Source: Gnetum montanum (Eukaryota; Plantae; Gnetophyta). From it: 64,000 nt of DNA. Positions within the stretch are counted from its first letter, which is position 1; each line of letters opens with the position of its first letter. The notes under the pieces are model-generated. The model was not told where the DNA came from. It ran no database searches and saw only the letters and a program-made list of their open reading frames with translations. The DNA lies in NCBI GenBank assembly GCA_015680685.1, contig MNCI01002813.1, forward strand, positions 1,566,287 to 1,630,286, read 5' to 3'. This document shows positions 48,922 through 63,600 of this stretch, one piece after another. Position numbers and translations under genes: made by a program.

Positions 48922-51900
48922 TGATGAGTTGTGTTCAGTTGGATAAATCAATGAGGCCTCATTGATGCATCTTACCATGCGTCGATGAGGCCCTGTTGAT
49001 GCAGTGTTGAAAATCAGCTATAAATACACGTGTAGTCACATTTATGGAAATTAGAGATTGTAGTTGCAGCAGAGTTCTTACAGTTTTTCCATTTGAGAGT
49101 TAGAACTTTTTCCCAAGTGCCTATACCAAGAGTCATTGAGTGAATGGATCTTTATTTAAGCATTTTTGTACCTAAGCACGACAATGTGTGCGACAATAAA
49201 GACAAGCTTTCTGATAAAATTTGCAACACTTTGGATAGATTAGCTATTTTATTTATGCATTTAATATGCTCAATTATTTGTTAAATGTTTTTCATTAGTT
49301 ATTAAATATTTTTCAGTTATTACATTAATGAAGAAATTAAGCCAGATAGATTACACAGACAAGTATGACTGCTTTGAGTGTAACACAAATTCACTTGGTA
49401 ATCCCAGTAGCATTATTGCTTGGTTTGCCCAGTAGCGTAGCGCTTGGTCGCCTAGCAATGGATATGTGGATTCAGGACATGTATGGAAAGTGGGATCAGA
49501 TGCTTATGTTAGGATTAGTTAAATGATAGTTAATTAGTTAATTTAAATTAGTCAATCCAATTACTTTTATCTACAATTTTGAGCACCAAACTATAAAACA
49601 AAAAATGCTAAAAATTGGATGCCTCAATTACACTTAACCATACCAATGAATGTCACAAGTGTAATTGGGAAGACAATGATTGACCTTAGGGCTAGATTCA
49701 CTTCCTAAAGGATTAGTGCATTGGAAATGATAAAGTTTATGGAATTTGACTAGATTGTGATTTGTATGGTTGGGTGTAGGGGTACCTCGCTGCTCATCAT
49801 TAGTGCCATTGCCAAGGAATTTGTTTATGGAATGTGCACTATTTAGGTTTAAGTGAATACCATTGATATCATTGTATGAACCTTAAGGTCAATATCATTC
49901 CCACTATACATAGAATTATAAAGGCACATTGATAATTTTATTTTTGTTTTGCAAAATATCTTCTTCTTCTCGCAAGCACGAAGATACCAAACCATTGGTT
50001 CCACAACAATGCAAGGTGGTATACACTCATCTAGATGAGTTTGTGTTGAACTTCACCTTCATCCTACATCAGGATGAACAGTTGCAATGGCATGATATGG
50101 AGGGCAACGTCATCTTTCCCCTTGATCGATCTATGCCCAAGATCCTATTCAAAACCCTTAAGAAGCTGGGCATAGTAGATCTTCACAAAGAATACGTTGA
50201 GGATGGATATGACACTTGAAACTACTGCCCCACTAAAACACAATGTAAATGAGACCAACATCAAGAGAAGCTTCACAGTGCTATGAAGGGGAAACATTTC
50301 ACTAACCCCTTATTCCTACTAGATCAAGATGACAATGAGGATTCTCCCTTAGAAGGTTCTCAACATGGAGATTCTCCACCCCCTATTACAGATGGTGAGG
50401 GTGTGAACCTGAACCTACAATCCACTATTCATAAACTAAGTTTAGGAAAAAGTGAACCAAGGTAGGGACTCGAGTAAGCACCACAATAGCAAGGGATCTA
50501 AGGATGATGATCACAATAAGCATAAGAGTGCTAGCAAACACCATGGTGGTGGTGGGGGTGATCCACCTTTCTCTTCATCCTCTTCATTTGATTCCAAACA
50601 TTCCTCTTCATCTGATGATTCTCATGGAAGCTGGCATTGAAATAACTATGATGAAGGTGCTTAGTGAAACAACAATGACCATGAAGGCCACCAAAATGTA
50701 AGGGGTGGCTGAAACCATCATTGGTGTCATTGACGTAGCAATGATGATGAACCTCTATTGGTGACTCAAAGTATGCTCAACAATGCAGAGGCAGTTAAAA
50801 TTCCAACCAAGCATATGAAGGATAGTCGGATTAAGTGCCTAAACATGAACAATATCCCAAGATTTGAGGGGGGATATAATTTTGATCTATAGACACATCT
50901 ACAAGCTTTTCATGATGCTTACACCTTACAAAATATATAGAATGAATGGCAAAAATTCAATCTTTTTCCAAGGACACTCATCGAGAAAGATAAAAGTTAG
51001 TATCAGTCCTTAGAGCTAGAATCTATTCGTTGATGGAGTGCCATGTTGGAACTATTTAATGACAAATATCAAATGTACTCTAGAGTGTCTAATCTGAGAA
51101 GGCAAATCCAAGGCTAGAAACAAAGAGCACATGAACCCTTAGATGCTACCATGGATTGATACTATTCACTCTTACACTGATGCCCTGGCCATGGTTATTT
51201 TTAGAGGGAGCAACTTTGCCACATCATAGATGGGCTTAGAGCAGAAACAAGAAGAACCCTTGGGATGTTTGCCCAAGGAAGATTATCTAAACTAAGAGCT
51301 CATTAGATCCAAAGGCTAATTGAGTAAGTAGCAAAAGAAAAAGGTGAGCTATGAAAAATGGAAAGTGCTGAAGAGTATAACACAAACCCTTTCATTAGAA
51401 AACGAGAGGTCTAATTTTGTAACAAGGAGGAGTCACCACTCGATGAAGTGATGAACAAAAAGACCTTGCCCATCCAAAATCTATTTATGATATTTTGGCC
51501 AAGGTTGACAAGTTATGGGACTCTTTGAATGAAAAATTTCAAACCACTTTGAAGGTTGCTAAGAAATCCAAAGAGGAAAATAGTGATCATAATTGTAGAA
51601 GGTGAAAAGAAGCTGAATGTGCTAAATAAAGAGGTAAAGGCAAAGCTGCTGCAGTAGAGGAAGCTGTGGAGTTTGACTTTGATGATTAAATTGAATGTGA
51701 CATTTGTTAATACAAACATCCAAAGGGATGATGCCTTATAGTGTCACACTTACAAGAGTCTAGAGTGTCTACATTAAATCTTCACCTAGCACGTAGGCAA
51801 GCTCCGCCTTATTCTCAGGGTAGTCTAAGGCAGTTCCACCAACAACAAAAAGCTTACTACCTAGGTGGAACTCCTCCACAACCTTATGAATACCAACAAT

Positions 51901-54900
51901 AGTACCAACCACAATCATGAGGAATGCCACCACCAAGGCATCAATACCCTTATAGGCAACCAGATCCATATGAGTACTATGTTCAATAACCTATCTCACC
52001 TAGGGGTTCTGCAAGTCATGCATCATTCTAGCATCATTATTACCCTCCAGAGTACCACTAGACACATTCACCATCTACTTGAGAAAAAAACCCATATCTG
52101 TATCCATATTATCCTTTGCATTCCTCTACATATACACCTTCACTTGCAACCTAGCTACCTCCTACTCCATCCATGCAGGGTGAGATTCCTTCATAGTCGC
52201 AACAATGAAATGCTACGAGGGCTATACATTCATAACCCATTTTTCAGTCAAGTGGTATGGTCAATTGATCTAAGAAAAGATCCTTCTTCCAAACCAACAG
52301 TCCTCTTCAACCCTCATAATCTAGTCTGATTGATCATCCTACATCTCTAGCACCCTCATCCTCTGTATCAAATACCTTCAAGTGCCATTCAAAAAAAGTG
52401 TTGCCTAGGATCCGCACTGTGATATTAACTCATGTTGTTTTTGATTGGATCAGGGTTGGCAATCTTTCTACAAATAGATCTAACCCTAGAAGTCCACTCA
52501 TTTATCTACAGATCATTGGACAAGAGGCATGCAAGGCTCTTCTTGACTCTGGTTCTAGGGTTAATCTCATCTCCCATGACATGTACAAGGCCTAAAACCT
52601 ACCACCTCTTAAGAAGAGCAACATTTATCTAGAATTAGCATATCAGTCAATTATTGTCCCTCTAGGATTAGTGGAGGAAATTGTGACCACGGTTTACGGA
52701 TGGTCCTATCCTGTTGATTTTCTAGTGCTCAAGGTGGACAACTACAAAAGTGACTTCCCCATCATTATGGGAAGAGCTTGGTTAAGCACCGTCGACACAC
52801 AAATGGGCATAAGGGACCTATCTTTAGAAATATCCAAGGAAAATGTGCTAGGAAAAATTGAGGAAAAGTGTATTCCATGCATTATGTATAGTGATAATGG
52901 GTGTAATTGCATGCAAACAATTTGGTCAACCAAGAGTACATACATTAAGGCATGAAATTAGTGTGCACAAGAAATTAGCATTCAAAGGTGTTTGTATGTA
53001 GTAGCCACAAAGAACAAGGGCACCTAGTGGTTGATAGCTGATTCAAATAGTAGCACAATATGCATGGAGCCAACTAAGAGCCTAACATGTGCATATGTTG
53101 AAGGCATGGATAAAATTGAATAATTTCATTCCCAACTCTCTAATGAAGATGATGATACCTATTGGGGAAAGTTGGAAATCCCTAATCACTTCAAGTAGAA
53201 GCCCTTAGAGCTAAAAACTTTACAGGTCGGTATGGAGTATGCTTTTTTAAAGAATGGTAGATTGGTCATAATTAATGCCAAACATGCTCCTAAATAAAAA
53301 GAAAAGTTGTTGAAAGTGGTGAACAAATAGTCAAAAGCCTTTGCTTGGTTATATCCAGAGCCACCAGGAATCGATCCAAGGATATGCTAACATCGCATCT
53401 ACACCAACCTAGCCATTAAGCCTAGAAGGTAGCCACAGAGGCAGCTGAACCCCAAATTAAAGCAAATTGTCATGGGGAAGATAGACCAACTCCTCAAGGT
53501 AGGGTTCATCTATCCAATTGTAGATAGTGAGTGGGTTAGCCCACTCATAGTTGTACCAAAGAAGGAAGGCAAATGGTGGGTTTACATTGACTTCAGGCTG
53601 TTAAATATGACAACATTTAAAGATCACTTTCCTTTGCCATTTGTAGATCAAGTGTTAGACACCATGTATAGGCATTATTATTATAGATTCTTGGATGGTT
53701 ATAGTGGCTATGACCATATCCAGATTGCACCCAAAGATCAGGCCAAGAAAACATTCATGAGTCTCTGGGGAACTTTTGCATATTTTAAGATGCCATTTGG
53801 TCTATGTAATGCCCCTGCAAAATTTCAATACTTGGTCCTTAGTATCTTCCAACAATAGATCAGTAGTGATGTTGAAGTCTTCATGGATGACTTTTCCACC
53901 TATGGAGCTACCTTTTAGAAAGCCTTGGACTGACTTGAGCAGGTACTAAAGAGATGTGTAGAGATAAACCTATGACTCAACTGGAAAAATATCCATCTCA
54001 TGGTCCAAGAAGGCATGGTGCTAGGACACCAAATTTTGCAAAAAGGGATTGAGGTAGACCCATAAAAGATAAGGGTCATTTAAGGAATAACATGCCAACT
54101 AAAGATCATTAAAGATGTTTGGTCATTTCTTGGACACACTAGCTACTACTGGTGATTCATAAAGAATTTCTCTAAGATTGTAAAGTTGTTGGTAGAGCTT
54201 ACAAAGAAAGATGCACCTTTCATTTGGACCAAGGAATGTGAACACGCATTCCAATAATTAAAGGAGAATCTACTAAAAACACCAATCCTATGAGCACCAG
54301 ACTGGTCCAGACCCTTCCATATTATGATAGATGCATCTAACTATGCTTTGGGAGTGGTACTCACATAGATGGATGATAAGAAACGTCCATGCTATATCCA
54401 TTGTGTGAGTCAAAGCATTGTGGGAGCATAGTTAAAATACACCACCATAAATAAAGAACTAATGGCAGTGGTGTACACTTTGGAAAAGTTTAGGCACTAT
54501 GTGCTTGGTTACAAAGTATTTGTGCATACAGATCACAGTGCAATCTGCTTCCTCATGAACAAGCCAATAGTGAGCCCTTGTGTTATACAGTTGTTGGTGA
54601 TCTTGCAAGAATTTGATCTCACTATGGTAGATTGAAAAGGGACTGAGAACATGGTCACTAACCACCTCTTTCACTTCATATGGGATAATAAAAAGGAGGA
54701 GAGCTCACTCTTTGATCAATTTTCAGATGAACTCCTCTTTATAGGAGTAATAAGTGAACAAACGCCTATAAAAACAATATGGTATAATGGCATCCTCACC
54801 TATATTCTCACTCAAGAGATGCAACAAGACTTGGATTTTAGAAAAAAGCAACAATTTCTTCATCAGGTCAAATACTTCATGAAAATCAACAAACACCTTT

Positions 54901-56600
54901 ACAAGGTTTGTGCCAATGGCCTGATTCATTGGGTAGTGAGTCCACATCATCTGCCCATCTAATGAACTCTATGGTTTTTCTTATTTTAGGAATTTGAGGT
55001 TCCTTCCATTAAAGAATCTTTTAATCAATTGGTGACCTTGGTAGTTCTGGTATTAGGAAGGATTCAAAGGTTTGTAAAGGGTGTGACTTTAAGGGGACTC
55101 AATGCTCTTTGTAATCTTCTACTTGCTTGGGTGCTTGAGTGTGTTTCACAAACTTCTTACCATTCCATACTAGCCACTAATAGGAAGTCAAATAACGTCA
55201 TTGCATGGTGTGGTTCCCATCCAAAAAAAAAAAAGAAAAAAAGTAATGGGAATTCAAAGCACACCCCTTTAACACAAATAAGTTCTTGCATGGTGTGGTT
55301 CACATTTCAGAAAAAATAATAATGGAAATTTAAAGCAGACCCCTTGGACAAATAAACATGTTACAAGCATTGTTTATGGAACTTGAATAGTGTGCACCTA
55401 TGCCTAAAGGTTCCCTCTAACTAAGGCTCTCTCTCTTACTTCCTACTTCTCTTTTCTTGTCTTTGTGGAATGGTGGTTGTTTTGTGGAAGTACTCTTGTA
55501 TCTTGAGCGGGCGGATCAGTCTTGGAGTGGTGATGTGAAGTGATTGAAAGTGGTTGGTTTTGATCTAGACTAAGGATGGAACTTCTCAGGTCATTTTAAA
55601 CATAAATTCCACAAAGGACCTATTTTGATCTCAATTTGGAACTCCATTTCACCTCCACTATCATCCTTACATGTTGCCATAACTCACCTTACTGCTATGT
55701 TTTGTGTTAAGCTCTATGTCTTGGTTTGATGTGTTGGGATTCTTGTGTAGATTCTTTCGGGTTGATCCTTAACTTTTCATGATCATTTAATTGATTATGG
55801 GGCCCACAAAATCTTTAGTTGAGGTTATGCAAGGGAAAAAAGGGCATGAACCTACTATGGAGAGGACCCACTTGCATAGCTTTTGGCTTGGTTAGTTAAG
55901 TTTCCTTACCTTTGACATTGCTACAATCCTATCTTTCACATTTTCCATTGAGTATCTCGCTCAGTGCTCCTTAATCTTTCATTTCATTCATCCACTAAAT
56001 CAAATTTTCTCCATTTTTCCAAATTTATGAGTTTAAACATCCTCTTCTCATGTTTTCATATTAGTCTTGGTCCTTTAACCTTTCATTTGATCCCAATTTC
56101 ATCCAAAAATTCTTTGTATTTTGAAAGTTTGTCCAAAGTCAACTGAAGTCAATAATGGTCAATGGCTATGTTGACGAGGCCTTGTCGACATAGTGTGTAC
56201 ATGCTATATGTACTGCTACACACTTAGGAATTTTTTGCAAATTTCTCATAACACACGAGAAGTTCTTGTAATTTTTTTGAGTCCAAAACCTTCCAAAGCT
56301 CATAACTTTCCAATCGTTTATCCAAATCACTTCATTTTTCAATCTTATGCTTACCTAAGGAAAGATATTTATTGCCAGGGCCACAAACCTTAAGGTTTCC
56401 AATGAAAAATGAATGAAAATTTTTGAAAATTCTTCTAACACCCCAAAGTGTTAATAACCTTAATAACATAGAAACATCAATTTTTCAAAGATTAACCCTT
56501 CCACCAACCTTCAAGATGGTTTATTAATGATAATACATAAATAAAATGACAATTGGATTAATTAACTTAGCCATAATCATAACTTAGCTAAAGTGTAACA
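48922..56600 (+). mobile_element. Athila-like element 2 (same family as element 1), integrase largely deleted
   Basis: 5' LTR 48922-49799 (tgatg...catca) and PBS ttagtgccattgccaagga. gag, protease LLDSGSRVNLI, RT (WVSPLIVVPKK, FLDGYSGY, VFMDDFS) and RNase H, then a jump at ~54940 to 3' non-coding sequence homologous to 36350-35845. The end is approximate. Confidence 0.88.
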
Positions 56601-56679
56601 ATATTTAAGTGAAAAAGGTATCCTAGTTGCTTTAAGGTTACACAATGATTACTAATCCGTGGTCTTATTGTGATTACAG

Positions 56680-57190
56680 ATGGCACCAAAACAAAAACGT
56701 TTTTAGGAAGGAGAACCCTAGCAACCATGGGAGAGGTGGCCCAAAGTTGAAAGGGGCCAACAAGAACAAGTCCAAGAATTACCAGAAGCAACCTATGCAA
56801 CAAGACCTCTTCATGAGGAGCCCTAAGTGGAATTTGTTTGACAAATAAGAAGAAGTGTCGACAGAATAATTCCAAAGAGGAGAAGTGTCTAGACTTGTGC
56901 CAAGGCTTGAGGTCACTTTAACTTAAGCTTGCCTAGACATCATCAAGACCTGAGAGACCCAAAGATTAGTTCTTCAAGATATCAACTTTGGACCATTTTT
57001 GGAGAAAGCCCTAGAGGATGTCAAGACACAATTGCAAGACTTTCCCATGTGGCTAGTAATCACATCTAGTAGGAAATGGTACATGGGGGAGACATATCTC
57101 TTTTGGAGTAGTTGAATGTTAGGGTTGGTTGTCAAAATCAAGGACATTCAAGTGTCCTACTTGGCAGAAGCTATTGCATAGGCACTTGGG
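56680..57190 (+). pseudogene. Decayed accessory (env-like/ORF2-type) ORF of an Athila-like element
   Basis: Starts MAPKQKRF right after ctaat...tgattacAG and contains LVVKIKDIQVSYLAEAIA*ALGL. It fuses to gag sequence at ~57190. Confidence 0.45.
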
Positions 57191-60100
57191 TTGCAAAGGC
57201 TAATTGAATAGATGGTAAAAGAAGAAGGAGAGTTGTGTAAAAGTGAGAGTGTAGAAAAATATAATTGGAATCCAACTCTTTGCAAGAAGGAGGCTCATAG
57301 GTGTACTATGGAAGAAGAGGTAGCTCTTGATGAGATGGTTTTACACAAAACTCTACAAATACAAAAGTCTATTGCTAAGATTAGAGCAAGGGTAGATAAG
57401 ATGTAGAAATTAAAAAATGAAAAAGCTACAACCAACTTGAAAATCAAAGAGAATAAGGTAAAGTAAATAGGATCAATTGATCAAGAAAAGAAAAGAAAAT
57501 AGAATAGGAAAATAGGTAGGGACAGTTATCAACAAAAAGGAAAAGCAACTATAGTAGAAGACATTATAGACTTAGATTTAGAGGAGAAGGATGGATGTAA
57601 TATTTATCAGTATGAACATCCAAAGGGCTATTGCCTAGTTATGTTACATCTATAAGAGCCTAGGGCTTTTTTTGAATCCCAAGTTTAGGAAAAACGAAAG
57701 GTATCAAAAGATAATTATAGACAATCCTACAACCAATAGTACTATCCAAATGAGACTCCTTATCAACCTTAAGACTACTATCAACAATAATGTTAAAACT
57801 CATAGTCGTTGAGGATGTCATCATCAAACCAACAATATCCTTATTGTCAATTGAACCCTTATACATGTTATGTTCAATAACCTGTTTCTCCTAATGTTTC
57901 TATTGCTCATGCTTTAACTCACTACTACTACCCCCTAAATACCATCAACCCATAACATCTCTTACAAAATCACCATCCCATACCTTTCACCATCCTTCAT
58001 ATCCTCAATACTCTCAAAATTTCCTCCAACATATGTCACCACTAGTAATGTAGGAAGAATTGGCATCATAACCTCAACAGAAAAATGCCACTTGTGTTGT
58101 GAATATAGAAAAGGAAAATAGTGTTAGTGGCCTTGAGCATAAGCCTCAAAAATGTCCTTTCTTTAGGATGGTATCCACACATGTGATGAAAACTAGTAGA
58201 ACTACTAGCTTATTAAAACTAATGCAAGGCTAATTTGGTGCAATCCCTTTCCTTACAAAAACAATGTCTCCTAATCCTACCCAAAAGCTAATAACCATCA
58301 CAACTCCAACACAAAATATAAAAGCTGAGCATGGTACTATGAGAGACAGAAAATTCCTTGCATTATTAATAATGATAAGGGGTGTAGTTATAGGTTGAAA
58401 GTTTAAAGTATTAACATGATTCCTATACTAACCCATAATAAACTTAAGAAAAAATTGTGTGCAAAACCATGTTTACACAATAGCCACTAAACCAAAAGAC
58501 ATCCAGTGGCTAGAAAATGAGAACATTAAACTATCCAAAAGATGCATGGAAATATACAATCCACTTATCCTTAGAAGTTGAACCAACTAGAGAATGTAGA
58601 AAATTACATCTTACACTCTAACTGTACACTAGAAGAAATTTTTAAATAAGAAGACCCGAGAACTAAAATAGAAAATAAAAAAGAAAACATACTTGGACCT
58701 TATGAGAAAATACCTTCTAGTTTAGTTGAATATATGTCTCCAATTTATTAAAACCTAATTATCATCAATGTTAAATGTGCCAACAAGAAAATACATAAAT
58801 CACTAAAGATGATAAATGGAAAAGTTATGGTGTATAACCAAGGGAATATGCGGTCCAATTTCCAAATGCTAGCCCATTAGTTTAGTTGTGGGGAAGATGT
58901 CCCATCTTGAATCAAGAACTAATAAGTGCAATTTTCACTTTTTATTTTACAATTTTTTTATCATTTTCTATTTTTGACATTTTTCTATTTTTTCAGAATT
59001 TTCCATTTCTTAATATATTTTCCATTTCTTATTGTTTTTTATTTGTTTATAATTTTATTTTTTAAAAGTCATTTCCTTTGTATTTTACAAATATTCACTA
59101 TTTTTTTGTCAATAATATCACCAGTCATGATGTAGAAATTAACATCATTTGTTGGGGTCTTTGTTCTATGCTATTAAGATGATTGAGAATTAATTAGGTA
59201 AAGTAGTGAGACAACATCATCCATTCCTCCAGTTTTTATAAATAATAGGCATTTATCATGCAAGCAATATGATTCTTCTTTGATGAAACTAAAATGAACT
59301 CATGATCATTATGTCTTAAAGTAAAGGGGAAGGACCAAGGGGAAATGGAAAAGGAAGTGACATCAAGGGGACTTGCTAATTCTTTGCACTTCATCTATGG
59401 GTATTACTGCTCCATGTGTTTATATCATTACCCATGTTTTACTTTTAATGGATGTGTGTTCTCAAATAAGTATTACCTTGCCATGCCATTGAAAAGACAT
59501 GTTATCTATGCCTAAAGGTAGTCTTTTGGTAAAGAAGGCATAAACAATAAAATTAATTAATTTACAAAAGAAAACTAATTCTTGGGATACAATAGGAAAG
59601 ACATGTTACCCATGCCTAAAGGTAGGCTACTTTCAAGGATCCAAAAGGTCTCTTGGACTAGTCTCATTATGTGACTAGAAAGATATGCTACCAATGCTTG
59701 AAGGTACTCCTCTAGTTGGATTAGCATTGGCTTGAAGGTACTCCTCTAGTTGGATATGCTACCCATGCTTGAAGGAACCCCTCTAACCAATGATCAAGTT
59801 TCCTTAAATTTTAATGTTTAAGTAATTAATTAATCAAAATTGCTTCCTTGTTTCTTTTATTTAGCAGTAATGTTTTTATGTGGTTGTGGTGGTCCTATGG
59901 TGATATGTGTAGGATGGGCTAATGCAATGGGTTTGAAACTTGAATAGATAGGCATGATGGTTATTTTAATCACAACTGACATAAGAACCTATTGCAAATT
60001 TGGTAAGGTATCTCATGTTTTGATCTCTGTAATTCCTTCTCATGTACTTAATGGTTTTTGTATAATATAATACAAGACCCCAACCAAGGTGATTGTGTGT

Positions 60101-60620
60101 GTTTGAAACAAAGACATGATCCACATTTAACTTTTAAGGTGCCCATAGACATCTATAGAGGTGGTTATGTAAGGGCATTATGGTAGGAGCTTGCTTTGGG
60201 GAGGATCCACTTACATGACATTTATTGATCATGACTTTGAACCAACCTCACATATTCGAGGGTATCATGGGCATCTTATCTAAATTTATGCATGATTTTA
60301 GGACTATTTGACATTAATGTTGATTAATTTGTAATGTTTGTATGTTGAAATTTTCTTCAAGTTTAATATTTCTTGGCCATTTTGAATCCTTATAATTTCA
60401 AACATTTTGGCACATTTACAATAACTTGTAAATTAGACATTTGATTTTAATTATTTGAAATCTTGTGCACTTATAGAGTTGAGGTCATTTATTGTGGGGG
60501 CTAAGGATGCAATTTTTGATTTTTGAAAATTTTGTAATGCCTAATTTTCAAACATTATGATAACTAATAGTAAAAGTAATTAAAATAACTCAATAACTTA
60601 ATGATTTTCGTTACCCCTAA
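57190..60620 (+). mobile_element. Athila-like element 3 remnant (gag C-terminus, heavily deleted pol, 3' region)
   Basis: VKEEGELCKSESVEKYNWNP and IYQYEHPKG match the gag of elements 1 and 2. The 3' motif ttggggaggatcca is at ~60196. Confidence 0.7.
59497..59786. repeat. Dispersed short repeats ga(c/t)atg(t/c)ta..atgc(c/t)t(a/g)aagg
   Basis: Four to five related units, two of them with ctcctctagttgga. Confidence 0.65.
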
Positions 60621-63600
60621 GCCTTAGTAATAAGACATCAATAAGATAGGCTACATCGACACATCCGTGTCAATGCATGGTAGGATGCATTAATGTAGAT
60701 ATGTCGATGTTGATGCAGTCATTGCCTATATAAATGCATGCATCTCTCACATTTATGGCACATTAAGTTATAGTTGTAGCTGAACTCTTGTAGTTTTTTT
60801 CCCTAGAGTTAGAATATTTTCTTTATGAGTGCCTGCTATGTGAATCTAAGATATTGTATAGATTTTTATTTAAGTTCCTATGTACCTAAACACATTGGCA
60901 TAAATGATAATAAAATCAAGATTTCCTACATCCATTGTAGCACTTAGACTAGCTTAACTTTGCTTTCCTAAACTTTACTTTCTATGCACTTTACATTAAT
61001 ATTTTTAATTAGTTAATATAATTATTCATAAATATGTGAGTACTACCACTTCGAGCATAAAGTGTTAACGCTCGATAACCCTAGCAATTGATGTTTGTTA
61101 CACCTAGTAATAGTTGATTGGTAATTCAGTAGTGTTAATACTAGTTTAGAATGTGTATGACAATTGGAAACTATTATTTCATGTTAGGAAAAGTTAGTTA
61201 ATAGACTAGTAATCAATTAGATGTTTAATTATTCAACCTTTACTTAGTTATCTAGCCATTAGGAGAAAAATATAAAAATACTTAGAAAAATATATATCAT
61301 GTGCCTTAACCCACACTTAATCATATGTACTGATAACACACAAGTGTGAATTAAGAAGATAACAACCTTCCAACTACATGATTTACTATTTAGGAATATT
61401 GGCCACTTGGATAACTAAGTCTATGGAGTTTGACCAAATCAATAGTAAATGCTTGTAATTCGTATGGTTGGGTGTAGGGAATATCCACTGCTCATCATTG
61501 GTGTCATTGCTTAGGAACTTAGTTTTTCTAAGTTGGAGAAATATCATTAACTAGTGGATTCATATACAAGCATTATGAGAAGAGCATAACAAACTATCTT
61601 TCATAATAATAGTAATATTTTCCAAAGGCACACTTGCATTTATTTTGAAATAGCTTTTGATCAAACAACAGATAATAGGAGAGGACATAAAGTACTACTG
61701 GTGAGAAGCCATAGTAGATAAATTTTTGGTATACTCATCTAGATCCCTATTATCCAAACTTCATCTTCATCCTTCATCAGGATGAGTAATTTCATTAGAG
61801 AGATATGAATGGTAACATCTTGTTACTTTTAGATTGATTTGTTCCTGCCATGCTCATGGCCCAACTCCAAAGGCTTAGTCTTGAGGTAGTATAGCCTAAG
61901 TATAAAATTAATAGATAGCATCTCTAGGAATTATCAACCTATGGAAGTATGGCTTTCTAGGGACAAAAGCATGGAGGATTGCTATGACACCTCCAAGGGC
62001 AAGCATCTCCCACCACCCTTGTTTTTACAGCCACATAGAGAGGGCAACGATTTATTTTCATGGTAATCTCAGTATATTGATTCCCTTCCTTGTTTTGAGA
62101 AGGATATCCTTTAGTAATGGTTGCAATCCACCTTAGAGAATCTTGGTGATGGGTAGACAAGATCTAAAAATTAAAGAACCTTAAAGGATAAATCTTCTAG
62201 TCATTCATCCAAGGATAAGGAGAACGATCAAGAGAAGGATTAGGATCAGGAAAAGAACTAGAACAAGGACTAGAAGGCATGATTCTCCTAGTCCTTTACT
62301 ATTACATCTTCCTCCTCATCAAATTTTGATAGGTAGAGATTTGGTAGAGGTAGAAGTAGATATCATTAGGATTGAGATGGGGATGATAGGAGATTGCATC
62401 ATGATGATAGGGTTAAGGATGGACAATGACACATAGATAAGGAATGAAATCAGCATGAAAGAAGGCATAGTTGGCCTAATCATAGGAGACATCACCATGA
62501 ATATGATGCCTATGATGAGTTGTTGCTACCTATGATGGGAATTCCCACCAGGCACCAAAATGATAGCAAAATTAAACATTTAGATATGAACAATATTCTC
62601 AAATTTGAAGGGGGGATATAATGTAGATCCACAACATCATTTGCAAGCTTTCCATGATGCGTATGCCTTGTAGAACATCGAGAATGATTGGAAGAAGTTG
62701 AAACTATTTCTAAGGATGCTCATCAAAGAAGTAGAAATTTAGTACCCATCCTTGGAATCGAAATTCATCTATTGGTGGAGTACAATGTTAGAACTATTTA
62801 ATGATAAATACCAGATGTACTTCCAAGTGTTCAATCTAAGGAATAAGATTCAAGGATGGAAGTAAGGAAATCATGAATCCTTGGATATGGCTTCTAGAAG
62901 GTATTACTTTTTATTACATTGATGCCTAGGCCATGAATTCTCTTAGAGGGAGTAGCTTCACAACATCATAGATGGGCTTTGTAACAAAACATGTGAAACT
63001 CTTGGGGTCTATACCCAAGGAAGACTTAAAGATAAGGGCTTATCAAATCCAAAGGTTAATAGAATAGGTTGCCAAAGAAGAAAGAGAGTTTAAAAAATAG
63101 AAAAGTGTAAAAGAGTATAACAGAGTCTCCTCTCTTTACAAAAGAGAGAAGCATTTTTGCAATCTAGGGAAGGAAACATTACTAGATGAAGTGATGCAAA
63201 GGAAAACATTGTCAATATAGAAATCTATCTATGAAATATTAGATGAGATAGATAAAATGTAGGACTCCTTAGATGAGAAGTCCCAAACTACCTTGAAAAT
63301 AGTAGAGGAGAAGGCAAGATAGGAAAGTAGTGAGCAAGACAGAATGAGAAGGAAAGATATAGATAAGAGGTATCCACAAAATAAAGTTAAGGATACCATG
63401 ATTAATGAGGTTGCAGATTCTAAAATTGATGATGATAAAAGTGATATCTACTAGTATGAACACCCCAAGGGATGTTTTCTTGTGATGTTACATCTACAAG
63501 AATATGAGATATATGCCTTAAATCCAAAATTTACAAAAAGGAAGCTACCTAGAAGATTACCTTATCCTCAAGGAAATCTAAGGTAGTAGTTTGACCAAAC

